Part shown: positions 1-10,243 of the stretch, piece after piece
How positions within the stretch are numbered: position 1 is the stretch's first letter
Layout: the number at the start of each line of letters is the position of its first letter
DNA from: a virus
Taxonomy: Duplodnaviria; Caudoviricetes
Direction: 5' to 3' (one strand)
Virus record (IMG/VR): IMGVR_UViG_3300027819_000006
DNA length: 64,000 nucleotides
Made by a program: the position numbers and the translations under genes
Notes under the pieces: model-generated
Told to the model about the DNA's origin: nothing
Databases searched by the model: none
Seen by the model: only the letters and a program-made list of their open reading frames with translations

Positions 1-30
1 TATTATCTTTTAATCTGATATTGTCATATT

Positions 31-219
31 TCATGTTATCTCTCGAGTTTTGTTTTCTCTACCATACCATTTTTCTCTTTTATTAACAGCATTGTTGTAT
101 GCTTCTAAACAATTTATTAAATATTCGGCTAATATAAAATCAGGAGTATTACTATAGTTTTCTATGGAATATTTATTTATAAGTTGCGTTAATTCTCTTT
201 GAAAATCAATTTCATTCAT
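31..219 (-). CDS. small hypothetical phage protein
   Basis: 62 aa ORF, co-oriented and overlapping the end of the next gene; SNTPDFILAEYL motif. Confidence 0.65.
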   Translation of the reverse strand: MNEIDFQRELTQLINKYSIENYSNTPDFILAEYLINCLEAYNNAVNKREKWYGRENKTREIT

Positions 220-1819
220 CTTTATAAATCCTTTCTTTAACTTTTTTAGCTGTTAATTCATATTGAAGCTCTTCTCTTTGCAAATCTCTTTTCTGTTTAT
301 CTATTGATTTTCTATGGATTATATGATTGCCGATCAATATAAATTCTTTTTTAGCTCCAATAACTTGCTCATGCGTTTCACCACGAAACTGACATACGTT
401 TTTATTAAATAATCTTTTTTGAGCGTCATGTTCATAATTTATCCATTTAAATCCAGACATATTCCACCCTCTAGATTGACAAAATTCTAATAATTCCTGA
501 TCAGATAGTCCATCTAAAATATTCTTTCTTGGAATAGAAATACAATCTATATTTTTATTTTGCATCTCCCATATGCACCAGTTTATCTGATTTAGAAAAT
601 GATGTTCATATGTTTCATCTGAATCTATAAATAGAATATAATTATTTTTAGCATTCTCTAAAGATGCATTTTTTTGTATTTCAAAGTTATCTTTCCACTC
701 TCTTTCTATAACTTTTACTTTATCTACTCCAACTTTATTTTGAAAGCTATATAGAATATTTTTAGTTCCGTCAGAAGATTTGCTATCTATTACAGATACA
801 AATTCATTATTTATATATAGCTCTATATTATCTAAAGTTCTTTTAATAGTTTCTTTGTCACTTCTTGCAATGTTGCAAATACTATATTTTACATCTGGCT
901 TTTTATGATGTTCATACAAATACATAAACTTGTCAAACACATCTTGAACTTCTGCATTTACATTAGTTTCTACATATAAATTATTGTAAATTTCTGAACT
1001 TCTCTGTGGCAAGTGCACTGGCAAGAAAAACGTGTTTTTTGTATAGATGCATACAGTTGGTATTCTATTTCTTGCTGCAACTTCCCACAGCCAACTATTG
1101 GTTGCTATACATCCTTGAGCGTATTCTTGAATTAGTGCTATAGTTTCTTCTACAGACAATCCCATAGCATCAAAATATTCTACTTCTTTATTCAATGCTT
1201 CTTTTAATCCATAATCTTCATCGTTTATTCCTACTAGCATTGGAGTAAATTCATTTTCATATAACTTTCTACAAATAGAAACCCATTTTTCTTTTGATAA
1301 AAATCTACCCTGCTGTAAATCAACATCAAATCCCTCAGGAGAACCACTAGATGTGATAGGATTAATAATGACATATTTATATTTTAATCGTAATTTTAAA
1401 TTTTTACATCTATTTGGTTCATCCAAATATTTTCTTAGTCTTATATGAGGGTAATATTCAGTTTTATATTTATAGAAATCTTCCATATCATAATTTGAAA
1501 TGAAAGAGGGAGTTTCATTGTTAAAAATTTCAGCACAGAAACATGCATCAATGAGCATGTCGCCATCTTTCAATATAGATTTTTTCAACCATTCTTTGAA
1601 ATATTCTACTTGTGAATGATTTGTGAAATTTTTTATTACAGAAGATTTATATCCTTCTCTTGTAGCTTGTTCTTTACATAAAATAGGACTTTTACCCCAG
1701 CCGCCAAAATAGAAAACTATCTCATGATCTGAATGTTTTTCTTTTATAGATTTACATCTAGTCAAGAAAGATAGAAAATCTCCATAGCCTGCCATATGTA
1801 AAATCACTATTTTATTCAT
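212..1819 (-). CDS. two-domain glycosyltransferase: N-terminal GT9 (heptosyltransferase-like) plus C-terminal GT2
   Basis: N-term LHMAGYGDF and CIATNSWLWEVAA (GT9-like); C-term VIDSKSSDGT, FEIQKNASLENAKNNYILFIDSDE (GT2 DxD). Confidence 0.75.
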   Translation of the reverse strand: MNKIVILHMAGYGDFLSFLTRCKSIKEKHSDHEIVFYFGGWGKSPILCKEQATREGYKSSVIKNFTNHSQVEYFKEWLKKSILKDGDMLIDACFCAEIFNNETPSFISNYDMEDFYKYKTEYYPHIRLRKYLDEPNRCKNLKLRLKYKYVIINPITSSGSPEGFDVDLQQGRFLSKEKWVSICRKLYENEFTPMLVGINDEDYGLKEALNKEVEYFDAMGLSVEETIALIQEYAQGCIATNSWLWEVAARNRIPTVCIYTKNTFFLPVHLPQRSSEIYNNLYVETNVNAEVQDVFDKFMYLYEHHKKPDVKYSICNIARSDKETIKRTLDNIELYINNEFVSVIDSKSSDGTKNILYSFQNKVGVDKVKVIEREWKDNFEIQKNASLENAKNNYILFIDSDETYEHHFLNQINWCIWEMQNKNIDCISIPRKNILDGLSDQELLEFCQSRGWNMSGFKWINYEHDAQKRLFNKNVCQFRGETHEQVIGAKKEFILIGNHIIHRKSIDKQKRDLQREELQYELTAKKVKERIYKDE

Positions 1820-2823
1820 TTATTTAACTCTATTGTCAAGAAATTATCTGCATTTCTAATATTATAATTTAAATGAGACATTATCCATCTATCTAAACAA
1901 ATATTAGTATCTTCTATTTCTTTTTCTGCATATACTATCGTAGGATTTTGCATGCAAAGAGTAAAATCTTTATCTAAGTAGTGCTTTCCAGTATGAATAA
2001 ATAAAAGTTTATTTTTAAGTATGTCTGTAACACCAGTATAAGAATATATGTTGCATTTTCTATGATTTAATGATATAGCTCCATATCTTTGAATACTATT
2101 ATAATTAGAGTATTTATCTGGTCTAAAACTTTTTCTTTGCTCTATAGAAGCCAATACTTTATGTGAACATAATAGATTTATAGTATCTAAACTTTTATTT
2201 TCTGACCACTTACTATACAAATGATCTATGTTGTCGATTGAATTGACATGTAATTTATATGAGCAAGCTATAATTCTATCTATGCAAGAAGATTCTATAT
2301 CATAAAATGAATTTTCAGCGATTATAGTAGAAAATTCAACTTCTGCATCTAATCTATTATATGATTTGAAATTTTTACTAACATCATCTTTAGATATCCA
2401 TCTCTGTCTTAACTTTCTAGTCTGAATAGAAATCTCTCTATCTATTATTGAGACCTTGTTACATTTACAACCATTCAAACTTAAATCTCTTATACTGCAG
2501 CTACAGCTATTTTTATAATATATTGGAATCGTTCTATTCGTATTAGTACATATCCGTATGTTAAACAAGTTATGACAAAAACTTCTATACATTCTAACCC
2601 ATATTGACAATGCTAAAGATTTGAAATATTCATCAGCATAATCAGATTTATTCAGAACACTAAAATTATCTAATATTCTCTTTATTGCAATTTTATGATA
2701 TAATGATTTATTGAAACCCCTTAAAAATGACTGCTCTATTAGACTTATCCATTTTTCTGGTTTGTTATTATATTCATCTAATAGCTTATTTTCATAATCT
2801 TCTATATTAATTTTGCTCTGCAT
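1816..2823 (-). CDS. protein with internal CxC-x8-GCxC module followed by a degenerate gp23-like capsid segment
   Basis: CSCSIRDLSLNGCKC at 2461-2505, then TRKLRQRW...YNRLDAEVEFSTIIAE; ATG at 2823 preferred over the track's start at 2829. Confidence 0.6.
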   Translation of the reverse strand: MQSKINIEDYENKLLDEYNNKPEKWISLIEQSFLRGFNKSLYHKIAIKRILDNFSVLNKSDYADEYFKSLALSIWVRMYRSFCHNLFNIRICTNTNRTIPIYYKNSCSCSIRDLSLNGCKCNKVSIIDREISIQTRKLRQRWISKDDVSKNFKSYNRLDAEVEFSTIIAENSFYDIESSCIDRIIACSYKLHVNSIDNIDHLYSKWSENKSLDTINLLCSHKVLASIEQRKSFRPDKYSNYNSIQRYGAISLNHRKCNIYSYTGVTDILKNKLLFIHTGKHYLDKDFTLCMQNPTIVYAEKEIEDTNICLDRWIMSHLNYNIRNADNFLTIELNK

Positions 2824-3191
2824 TGACATCCAATAGACATTAGAATATTCAAATCACAGCTACATTTCATATCATCAAACATTTTAACTACTTCTACATA
2901 ATCTTCATCTTTTTCAAAATCTAGAGCATCATCTTCATCAAATATAGCATACTCATAATAGTCTTCTAACATTATATTATATGTAGTCTTATTCATAGCA
3001 TATATTATTATTTTTGATATTTGATCATTATCAAACTCAGCATTCAAACAATAAGTAATGTCCCAACTATTCAAACTAGCTGCATCAAAAATAGATTCTA
3101 TACTAGAATAGATGTCATTTTTATCAGAAGTACTAGTTAATTCTGTGTCTTTATAGTAGAGCTGTAGAATATCTGTAATATCTAATTTCAT
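2802..3191 (-). CDS. hypothetical protein with C-terminal CxC-x8-GCxC module
   Basis: ends CSCDLNILMSIGCQCRAKLI. Confidence 0.7.
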   Translation of the reverse strand: MKLDITDILQLYYKDTELTSTSDKNDIYSSIESIFDAASLNSWDITYCLNAEFDNDQISKIIIYAMNKTTYNIMLEDYYEYAIFDEDDALDFEKDEDYVEVVKMFDDMKCSCDLNILMSIGCQCRAKLI

Positions 3192-3385
3192 TGATGCAAG
3201 CTCTCTTCTAATAACTTAAAATTTTTGTTCAGCGATTCAATTATAGAAGTTATTTGTAGTTCTGTGTATGACTTGTTTAATCTCTTTTTGCTATTTTTTA
3301 AACTTTCAAATACCAAAGATGCTGTACACAAATTATCTATTGTTTTTTCTACAATAGATCTATCTAAAGCAATTTTGTCATCCAT
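3188..3385 (-). CDS. small hypothetical protein
   Basis: 65 aa, overlaps both neighbours in operon fashion. Confidence 0.6.
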   Translation of the reverse strand: MDDKIALDRSIVEKTIDNLCTASLVFESLKNSKKRLNKSYTELQITSIIESLNKNFKLLEESLHQ

Positions 3386-3860
3386 TGATCTTTTCTATTA
3401 TGTTAGTTGTTGAAACTCCTTCAATCATTGTAAATTGTAATACTTTTCCACCATATGATTTAACATAGTCTGAGCCTATTATTTTCTTTACAGAATATTC
3501 TGAACCCTTTACAAGAACATCTGGTTTGACAGATTTAACTAAATTTAACACAGATTTATCATTGAATGCTACTATATAATCAACAAATGATATAGCAGAT
3601 AGTACTTTACTTCTGTTTTCTAAATTGTTTATTGGTCTGTCTGGTTCTTTATTCTGTTTAGTAGATTTATCTGAATTTATTCCTACTATAACTATATTGT
3701 TAGCATTTATATTTTTGCAGAAATTTAATAGGTCAGTATGCCCTGCGTGGATCAGATCCCAGATTCCATTAGTAAATATGACAGTTTTATTGCTGAATTT
3801 TGCATTCTGTATGCTGAATAATAAACTCTTTAGATCGACAATTTTTTCTCTATATCTCAT
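3378..3860 (-). CDS. rfaE2: D-glycero-beta-D-manno-heptose 1-phosphate adenylyltransferase (HldE/RfaE domain II type)
   Basis: VFTNGIWDLIHAGH, VVGINSDKS, RPINNLENRSKVL, KPDVLVKGSEY, STTNII motifs. Confidence 0.85.
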   Translation of the reverse strand: MRYREKIVDLKSLLFSIQNAKFSNKTVIFTNGIWDLIHAGHTDLLNFCKNINANNIVIVGINSDKSTKQNKEPDRPINNLENRSKVLSAISFVDYIVAFNDKSVLNLVKSVKPDVLVKGSEYSVKKIIGSDYVKSYGGKVLQFTMIEGVSTTNIIEKING

Positions 3861-4000
3861 TTTTGTTCTCTATATACAAAACTTTCTAATTCATTATCAT
3901 ACAAAAATATTAATCTGTATTTCAATTTCGAAATTTCTTCTTCTGTTTTTATTGGTATGATAGATATTATCTTTTCTGATACTAAATTTGATTTTTGCAT
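3857..4000 (-). CDS. 47 aa small protein missed by the ORF track (MQKSNLVSEK...YREQK)
   Basis: AAGG SD-like then ATG at 4000; TGA overlaps the rfaE2 ATG (ATGA). Confidence 0.5.
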   Translation of the reverse strand: MQKSNLVSEKIISIIPIKTEEEISKLKYRLIFLYDNELESFVYREQK

Positions 4001-4557
4001 TGGCAACCTTTTAATATTAAAGTGTCTATGTCACAAGTGCATCTATTAATTAAGGGTATTTTTATATGTAATTTATGCATTCTATCAGACCTTACTATAG
4101 CGTCACATTCTTCTATCAGTTTTGCAGATTTATTTTTACCATTTTTATACAAGTGCATTGCATCTTCAGATGGAGAAATTACAAACAATGGAGCAAAAAT
4201 TTTTTGAATTTCATTGAGATTATTTTTATCATAATTACTTTTTTTGAATTTTGCTATATCTTGAGAAGTTTCTATGTTAGTTTTTAATCTTCTTTCTATC
4301 ATAGGTACTCCGATAAAATCATCTATACAAACATTTAACATTATATCATTCATCATATTATCTTCAGAAGTAATTTTCCATATGTTTATATTTGATTGAC
4401 ATTCAAAACAATCACAGCTATGAATTTTATATTCTGGCATTACATGCTGACTATAATATATGGCAGCATACTGATTAATTACAGAATATATAAATCCTTT
4501 TACAAATGATTTAGATTCACTTTGAAAATGTTTATTAACATACTCTTCTAATGTCAT
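3982..4557 (-). CDS. hypothetical protein with C-terminal CxC-x8-GCxC module
   Basis: ends CTCDIDTLILKGCQCKNQI. Confidence 0.7.
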   Translation of the reverse strand: MTLEEYVNKHFQSESKSFVKGFIYSVINQYAAIYYSQHVMPEYKIHSCDCFECQSNINIWKITSEDNMMNDIMLNVCIDDFIGVPMIERRLKTNIETSQDIAKFKKSNYDKNNLNEIQKIFAPLFVISPSEDAMHLYKNGKNKSAKLIEECDAIVRSDRMHKLHIKIPLINRCTCDIDTLILKGCQCKNQI

Positions 4558-5603
4558 TTCAATCCTCTTTTCAATAAGATACTATCAACACATTCATCAA
4601 TTATTTCTATTACAGTTTTCTCTTGTTTTCCAAAAAAACTATGCAATAATGATGTATCACCAAGTCTTCTTTTTACCAAATTTGGATCATGTTCTTCATA
4701 TATAATTTTGCTTCTAGTGCAGTCAATTCCTTTGCTTGTAAGCAACTGCTCTATTATTTCTGTTAATTGTAATACAGATGTTTCTTTACCAGAACAAGCA
4801 TTTATAAAGCCCTCAAAATAGTCTGGATTCTTCTTACAAATACCTGATTGTGCAGCTAAAATGTTATATCTAGCTACATCTTCAGCATGTATAATATCTA
4901 GTGTCTGCTGTCCATTTCCATAGATAGTTATATCTTTTCCATCAATGAATGCATTTATAAATTTAGGTACAATCTGCACATAGATATTTTTATCTGACTG
5001 TCTTGGACTAGTTATATTAAAAGGTCTAAAAGATATAAACTTTAGTCCATCATTATCTGAATATGATTTTGCTATATGCTCTACAGATATTTTATTAGCT
5101 CCATATAGCAATGAATTATTTCTGAAATGATGTCTTTCATCTGTAGGAAAATAATCTGAATTTCCATACACAGAAGCAGATGAAGCAAATATTACTTTCT
5201 CTACTCCATATCTCAAAGACAACTCAAACATGTTGACAGAACCCATTACGCCACATTCTATTGCTTCGTATCTTGCTGATCTACTATCAAGAGTTAAAAG
5301 CGACGCTTGATGAAATACATAATTTGGTCTGAAAACATCAAATATGAAATCCATCTTTCTATAATTCGTTATATCATCTCTATAAAAATGTATTCTATTA
5401 TCATTTTCAGAAGCATATTCATAGGCCCTGTCTAGATTAGACAGATTGCCATTATACATATTATCAATTACGACAATATTAGAACCTTTGTAGTATTTAG
5501 CTAATAACTCTACTATATAACTTCCAACATTTCCCGCGCCGCCAGAGATTACAGATGTAGTGCAATCTTTCTGCTCTATCTGTTTGATGTTACTATTCAT
5601 CAA
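4554..5603 (-). CDS. NAD-dependent nucleotide-sugar epimerase/dehydratase (extended SDR)
   Basis: GGAGNVG Rossmann motif, FASSASVYG, YGANK (YxxxK), IYGNGQQTLDIIH. Confidence 0.9.
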   Translation of the reverse strand: MMNSNIKQIEQKDCTTSVISGGAGNVGSYIVELLAKYYKGSNIVVIDNMYNGNLSNLDRAYEYASENDNRIHFYRDDITNYRKMDFIFDVFRPNYVFHQASLLTLDSRSARYEAIECGVMGSVNMFELSLRYGVEKVIFASSASVYGNSDYFPTDERHHFRNNSLLYGANKISVEHIAKSYSDNDGLKFISFRPFNITSPRQSDKNIYVQIVPKFINAFIDGKDITIYGNGQQTLDIIHAEDVARYNILAAQSGICKKNPDYFEGFINACSGKETSVLQLTEIIEQLLTSKGIDCTRSKIIYEEHDPNLVKRRLGDTSLLHSFFGKQEKTVIEIIDECVDSILLKRGLK

Positions 5604-5887
5604 CCTCCACTATCGTCGTCTTCATCATCTGATTCTTCATCTTCAGAATCAAGATCTGAATCTTTGTCTTTATAGCCATGATAAACATGTTCAGCATCTT
5701 CAAATCCCCATTCTAACATTGTCAACATGTTCTCTAATTCTTCTTTTACTATTTTAAGTTTACTTCTGTAATACTTGACCGAGCCTTCAGATCTTCTCAA
5801 ATCTATCATGTCTAAAATGTCTGATGATTCTTCTGACAATACATTTAGAGCATCTTCTAATCTATTGCTGATTCTCACTGAGGCCAT
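5600..5887 (-). CDS. small protein with acidic C-terminal tail
   Basis: 95 aa; D/E-rich tail; GGAG SD upstream. Confidence 0.7.
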   Translation of the reverse strand: MASVRISNRLEDALNVLSEESSDILDMIDLRRSEGSVKYYRSKLKIVKEELENMLTMLEWGFEDAEHVYHGYKDKDSDLDSEDEESDDEDDDSGG

Positions 5888-5888
5888 T

Positions 5889-6235
5889 TTAATTTCTCCT
5901 GTTTTGTTTGCATTGACAGCCTTGTAGCATTAATGTATTCATGTCGCATAAACATTTTCTGCTATAATCAGATTCAAAATGAAAAAATGTATCAGTTGGT
6001 TTTTTCATGGGTTGAGTAACTGCAAATTCTTCTATTATATAGCTAGACTATGTTTTTATCAGCTCTTTCTAAGTATTCATTAAATATTTCTATTGGAGCA
6101 TCTTCTATGGATGGAAAAGTAACAGACATCTCTATATCGTTGTTTACATAGAGCATTCTGTTCCAATCTCTTTTAAAATTTCTGTTGCTTAATTCTTTAC
6201 AGCGCTAATATTTCAATTTCAGATTGCTCAGTCAT
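5889..6235 (-). pseudogene. frameshifted gene ending in the CxC-x8-GCxC module
   Basis: ATG at 6235 (MTEQSEIEILA); two frame changes join CKELSNRNF...DKNIV and SYIIEEF...KCLCDMNTLMLQGCQCKQNRRN*. Confidence 0.6.
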
Positions 6236-6623
6236 TTTTCAGCTCTTTCATTCTATCTGAATAGCACCCACATCCATATCTAGTTAAATTATCTACACTA
6301 CAAATACATTCTGTAAATTCAAAGAAATCATCTAATATAATTGATTCAAGTGTTACAGTTATTTCTGGTATTTCATTAGGTTCTGTTTTGCTTGTTTCAT
6401 ATTTAAGATAGAAATATAGAGGTTTGAAATTAACTTCTTGGCATTTATCTCTTAAAGTTGTTATCTGTCCAACAAAATTTTTCGGTGCTGGCATTTCATA
6501 TGTACCATTATTTTGTTTGAACTGTAATTCTTCTTTTGATATTTCTTTTCTGAGAAATTGACTCAGTAATGTATCTGATTGATCTTTATAAGATTTAATT
6601 GCTCTTGCTTTTGATACTGTCAT
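6228..6623 (-). CDS. hypothetical protein with C-terminal CxC-x8-GCxC module
   Basis: ends CICSVDNLTRYGCGCYSDRMKELKND. Confidence 0.7.
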   Translation of the reverse strand: MTVSKARAIKSYKDQSDTLLSQFLRKEISKEELQFKQNNGTYEMPAPKNFVGQITTLRDKCQEVNFKPLYFYLKYETSKTEPNEIPEITVTLESIILDDFFEFTECICSVDNLTRYGCGCYSDRMKELKND

Positions 6624-7201
6624 AATAGCTCCTTGCTTTTATATAGTTTTTCTAGTTCTTTTAAATGATTGAACTTCAGCTCATTATTTATCAATTTTTC
6701 TGACATTTCAGAATATATTTTATGCCAATCTTTCAGATATGCTGAACTAACTGTTAAGTTAATTTCAACATCTTTATCTTGTTTTGCCATTTTAGTAAGT
6801 TTTTTCAGATCAAGTTCAGAATTAGAATTCAAATAAAACAACATTGGTCTGATATTATTTCCTAAAAATCTAGATAAGAATGCTCCTTCTAATTGTTTTT
6901 CGGGAGTAGCTTTACCTATAGGGTATTTATTCTCAGGATTATATGTCTTGCCTTTCTCTAAAGGTTTTATAGCATTAAATTCTTCTAATGTTATTTCACG
7001 CAAATCAAACTTGAATTTCTCTTTTCCTTGTTGTAACCTATTTAAGAAATTATAAGCATATTTATTGAAATCGTCTAAAACAGCTGAATAAGGTTTTTGT
7101 TTAGTATTAAATCCTAAAAGTTCTTTTTCATTATACTTTTCGTCATATTCAGAATATCTAAATTCTTTAATCTGATAACCATCCATTCTATCTCTGATCA
7201 T
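6620..7201 (-). CDS. hypothetical protein; may originally have started at ATG 7302 (one frameshift)
   Basis: frame stays open upstream of 7201 with no start codon; MTVKEAL at 7302 joins it by a -1 shift. Confidence 0.6.
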   Translation of the reverse strand: MIRDRMDGYQIKEFRYSEYDEKYNEKELLGFNTKQKPYSAVLDDFNKYAYNFLNRLQQGKEKFKFDLREITLEEFNAIKPLEKGKTYNPENKYPIGKATPEKQLEGAFLSRFLGNNIRPMLFYLNSNSELDLKKLTKMAKQDKDVEINLTVSSAYLKDWHKIYSEMSEKLINNELKFNHLKELEKLYKSKELL

Positions 7202-7304
7202 TTCTTCTATTTGCTGTCTTGAATCTGTAAAAACAATTGTATCTCCATTTTTATATTTGTTTTTATGTATTTCTTCATTTTGAGAGCTTCTTTTACTGTC
7301 ATAA

Positions 7305-7538
7305 CTATAGTCTATCTCCTATGAATTCTTTCTTCTGTTTTTTAGCATATTTTTCCATTACTTGTTCATCACTCATTTCATCAAATCCAAGTTCACACCA
7401 TCCAAGGTACCAAAATTTCTTGCTATGCCATTTATTTTTAGTATGATAAGGATTGATGCTTACTGATAAGCCAATATTTTTTATTGATTTACCTTTTAGA
7501 TAAGCTGAAATCTTCTTGTTTTCTCTCTTTTTGTTCAT
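7305..7538 (-). CDS. small basic hypothetical protein
   Basis: 77 aa, operon-like overlap. Confidence 0.6.
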   Translation of the reverse strand: MNKKRENKKISAYLKGKSIKNIGLSVSINPYHTKNKWHSKKFWYLGWCELGFDEMSDEQVMEKYAKKQKKEFIGDRL

Positions 7539-8032
7539 AGTTCATTCCTTCTGTATGATCCACAAGTACATCCCTGCAATATCAATGTATCAATGTTGCA
7601 TGTGCACTTTTTAATTATTGATTGCATGTTTTCTGCAGTTATTGGTCCTAATTTGTATTCTGCTACTATGCTTTTTGCTACATTGCAACAAATAGATTCA
7701 TGAAGATTTTCTAAATCATATAGTCTATTTTTTAGAATGTAATCATAATGTTCATTAATTTTCATAGTTGTAATATCATTATTGAACAATTTATCTGATT
7801 TTGTTAAAGAAGCTTCATCTACTGTTTCTTTAAATAGAATTATATTATCAATATTTTCATGAATATCTACTTTTACTCTATCAAGAGCAACTTTTTGGGT
7901 CCTGTAAGTGAAACATAATTCTAAATAAAATTTAATATCTTCTATACAAGCATAGCATAAATCATATTCTTTATAATTTTCATCAATTTCAAAATATTTA
8001 GAATGATCTACTGTTTTATTAGCACATCTCAT
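7535..8032 (-). CDS. hypothetical protein with C-terminal CxC-x8-GCxC module
   Basis: ends CTCNIDTLILQGCTCGSYRRNEL. Confidence 0.7.
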   Translation of the reverse strand: MRCANKTVDHSKYFEIDENYKEYDLCYACIEDIKFYLELCFTYRTQKVALDRVKVDIHENIDNIILFKETVDEASLTKSDKLFNNDITTMKINEHYDYILKNRLYDLENLHESICCNVAKSIVAEYKLGPITAENMQSIIKKCTCNIDTLILQGCTCGSYRRNEL

Positions 8033-8943
8033 TTAATTTTCTCAATTTCTTGTAAGAATCTCTTAACTGCATCTTTCCAATCTGGCATCTGTTTTAGCTC
8101 TTTGCATTTTCTCAATCTATAGCAATCTAAAGCTGAAAAATTTGGTCTCTTGACATTGGAGTAAAACTCTGAAGCTTTTACTGCTTCTAATAAATTAACA
8201 TCCCAACCCATCAATTCGTAAATATATTTGGCAAACTTATACCAGCTCAGAACTCCTCTGTTAACTATATTCCATGTCCCATATTCTTGTACATCATGAA
8301 TTAGCATATCTACTAAAACTTCACTAATGTCTTTAGTATATGCTATGGAGATAATCTGGTATGACACTACTTTTGTTACATCTTTTCCATTATATTTGTT
8401 CATGATCATATATGGAAAATTGCTCCAATTTTTAGCTGAACTACCTTTCTTGCCAAATAGAGATGATACTCTTATATTAAAATATTTATTGCATATAGCT
8501 TTCAGAGTCATTTCTCCAGCAGCTTTTGTTACTCCATAGAAATTCAGAGGATCTACTTTTGCAAATTCTGTGAATCCTTCAGATGTTAGAGCTTGAGATG
8601 AATCCGAGCCAAGCACATAGTCAGTACTAAAATTAATGAGCAGACTATCGTATTTATTTGCCAACTGAGCCATATTTTTTACAGCAACTATATTGACCTC
8701 GCAAGCTAAAGATGGATTATTTTCAATTTGTTCAACATTATGACATGATGCTCCGTTAATTACGATGTCAGGACGTAAATCTTCAAAATAGTGCTCTATA
8801 AGTTTAGGATCAGTAACATCTAATTCTTCTCTATTTCTAGCTATAGTTAAAAATTTATCTCCATGCAGTTTTAGATTACTATAGAGATCAGAGCATAATT
8901 GCCCATCGCTGCCAGAAATTAAGACTCTCTTTACTAAACTCAT
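8029..8943 (-). CDS. rfbD: dTDP-4-dehydrorhamnose reductase (RmlD)
   Basis: ISGSDGQL, FSTDYV, PLNFYGVTKAAGE, RPNFSALD motifs. Confidence 0.9.
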   Translation of the reverse strand: MSLVKRVLISGSDGQLCSDLYSNLKLHGDKFLTIARNREELDVTDPKLIEHYFEDLRPDIVINGASCHNVEQIENNPSLACEVNIVAVKNMAQLANKYDSLLINFSTDYVLGSDSSQALTSEGFTEFAKVDPLNFYGVTKAAGEMTLKAICNKYFNIRVSSLFGKKGSSAKNWSNFPYMIMNKYNGKDVTKVVSYQIISIAYTKDISEVLVDMLIHDVQEYGTWNIVNRGVLSWYKFAKYIYELMGWDVNLLEAVKASEFYSNVKRPNFSALDCYRLRKCKELKQMPDWKDAVKRFLQEIEKIK

Positions 8944-9524
8944 TACTTAGTTTCCCTCTTCCAATCCCAACCCATTATATCGACAGAAGCTCTATATTCA
9001 TCAGATCCGTTATATTTGTTATTTATAAAGTAGAGTAAAATAGCTTCTTCATTTGTAAAATTAAAAGAGCCATGTTGTAATCCTCTTCTCACTATTACAG
9101 GGCCGTTATTAGTGTTCCTATCAGACAAATAAAACCATTTACATACTGGTCCATTTATAAAATCAGAATATAAATCTTTATTCTGTTTAAAATAATCTGA
9201 ATTCATAAAATCAAACCACTGATTAACTAATTTTAGTCGTTGAATTTTTGAATAATCAGATGTTTTTTTAATGAAATCATCAAGAGTTTTATTATCATAT
9301 CTCTCTCTATATAAATCATAAACTGCTTGACTATAATTTGGAACATTACAAATTCCAATTTTTAGAGAACCTTTGAGCACAATTTGATAATCATCTTGAG
9401 CATAATGCATGTGGAAAGCTGCTAGTGTACCTGGATAAACTATACTGCAATTTATGTCTCCCTCTTTCATAGAAGAAAATATGTCACAGTATCTCTGAGC
9501 TCTATCATCTCCACCTGCTCGCAT
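8943..9524 (-). CDS. rfbC: dTDP-4-dehydrorhamnose 3,5-epimerase-like cupin (RmlC) with internal insertion
   Basis: PGTLAAFHMHYAQDDY and GLQHGS cupin motifs; adjacent to rmlD. Confidence 0.7.
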   Translation of the reverse strand: MRAGGDDRAQRYCDIFSSMKEGDINCSIVYPGTLAAFHMHYAQDDYQIVLKGSLKIGICNVPNYSQAVYDLYRERYDNKTLDDFIKKTSDYSKIQRLKLVNQWFDFMNSDYFKQNKDLYSDFINGPVCKWFYLSDRNTNNGPVIVRRGLQHGSFNFTNEEAILLYFINNKYNGSDEYRASVDIMGWDWKRETK

Positions 9525-9763
9525 TAGATCAATTCCTTTCTACAAATACACCCTTTTAATGTCAAAGTATCTATATCACAGACACATTCTATATTATTAG
9601 TAGCAATTTTATTAGCAAATCTTTCAAATTTAAAGTTATTCCTCATCACACTTCTCATGCCATTTTCTATATACCACTCAGAATAATTTTTTACTGATCT
9701 TATTTCATAGCCACTATTTTTAAGATATCTCTGAATATCTTCTGGTAATTTACTTTCATTCAT
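9524..9763 (-). CDS. small protein with C-terminal CxC-x8-GCxC module
   Basis: ends CVCDIDTLTLKGCICRKELI. Confidence 0.7.
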   Translation of the reverse strand: MNESKLPEDIQRYLKNSGYEIRSVKNYSEWYIENGMRSVMRNNFKFERFANKIATNNIECVCDIDTLTLKGCICRKELI

Positions 9764-9778
9764 AACGCACCTCTTAAT

Positions 9779-10243
9779 TTAATATAGCATCGAAACTTTT
9801 AAAGCATTATCGAGCACTTCGTCAAGCTTGTCAATCGTCAAATTACGCTTCTTATTATAAACTGCTACTTCATCAGCTGCTTCTAATCTTTCTTTATCAG
9901 ATAATTCTTTATTTCTTCTAGCATCCTCAAGCGACCACAGCTTCTTCGTGTAAGTATTCAAATCTGCTATCAAATCTAGAAAATAATCATCTTGTTCTGC
10001 ATGTACTGTTTTATCGTAATTCTTATATTTTTTATACGTAGCTGGTCTATCCCAATTAATTATACTGACAAGTATAGATGATAATTCTTTTATTAACCAG
10101 CCTCTCTGTTCTAGAAGTCTGTCTATTACTTCTAATTCTTCTTCAGATCTTGCTGTTTCTCTGTTTACTTTAATTCTTTGCTCTAATATGCAAAGCTGAT
10201 CAATTATTCCACCTAAAGTTTGAATTTTATAACACTCCATCAA
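9779..10243 (-). CDS. DUF4254-like helical protein
   Basis: LWSLEDARR...YNKKRNLTIDKLD pattern recalled for DUF4254. Confidence 0.5.
   Translation of the reverse strand: MMECYKIQTLGGIIDQLCILEQRIKVNRETARSEEELEVIDRLLEQRGWLIKELSSILVSIINWDRPATYKKYKNYDKTVHAEQDDYFLDLIADLNTYTKKLWSLEDARRNKELSDKERLEAADEVAVYNKKRNLTIDKLDEVLDNALKVSMLY

Noticed and set aside
3857-4000. Apparent frameshifted extension of 3982-4557
   Set aside because: The frame has its own ATG (4000) and SD, so a separate small gene is the simpler explanation
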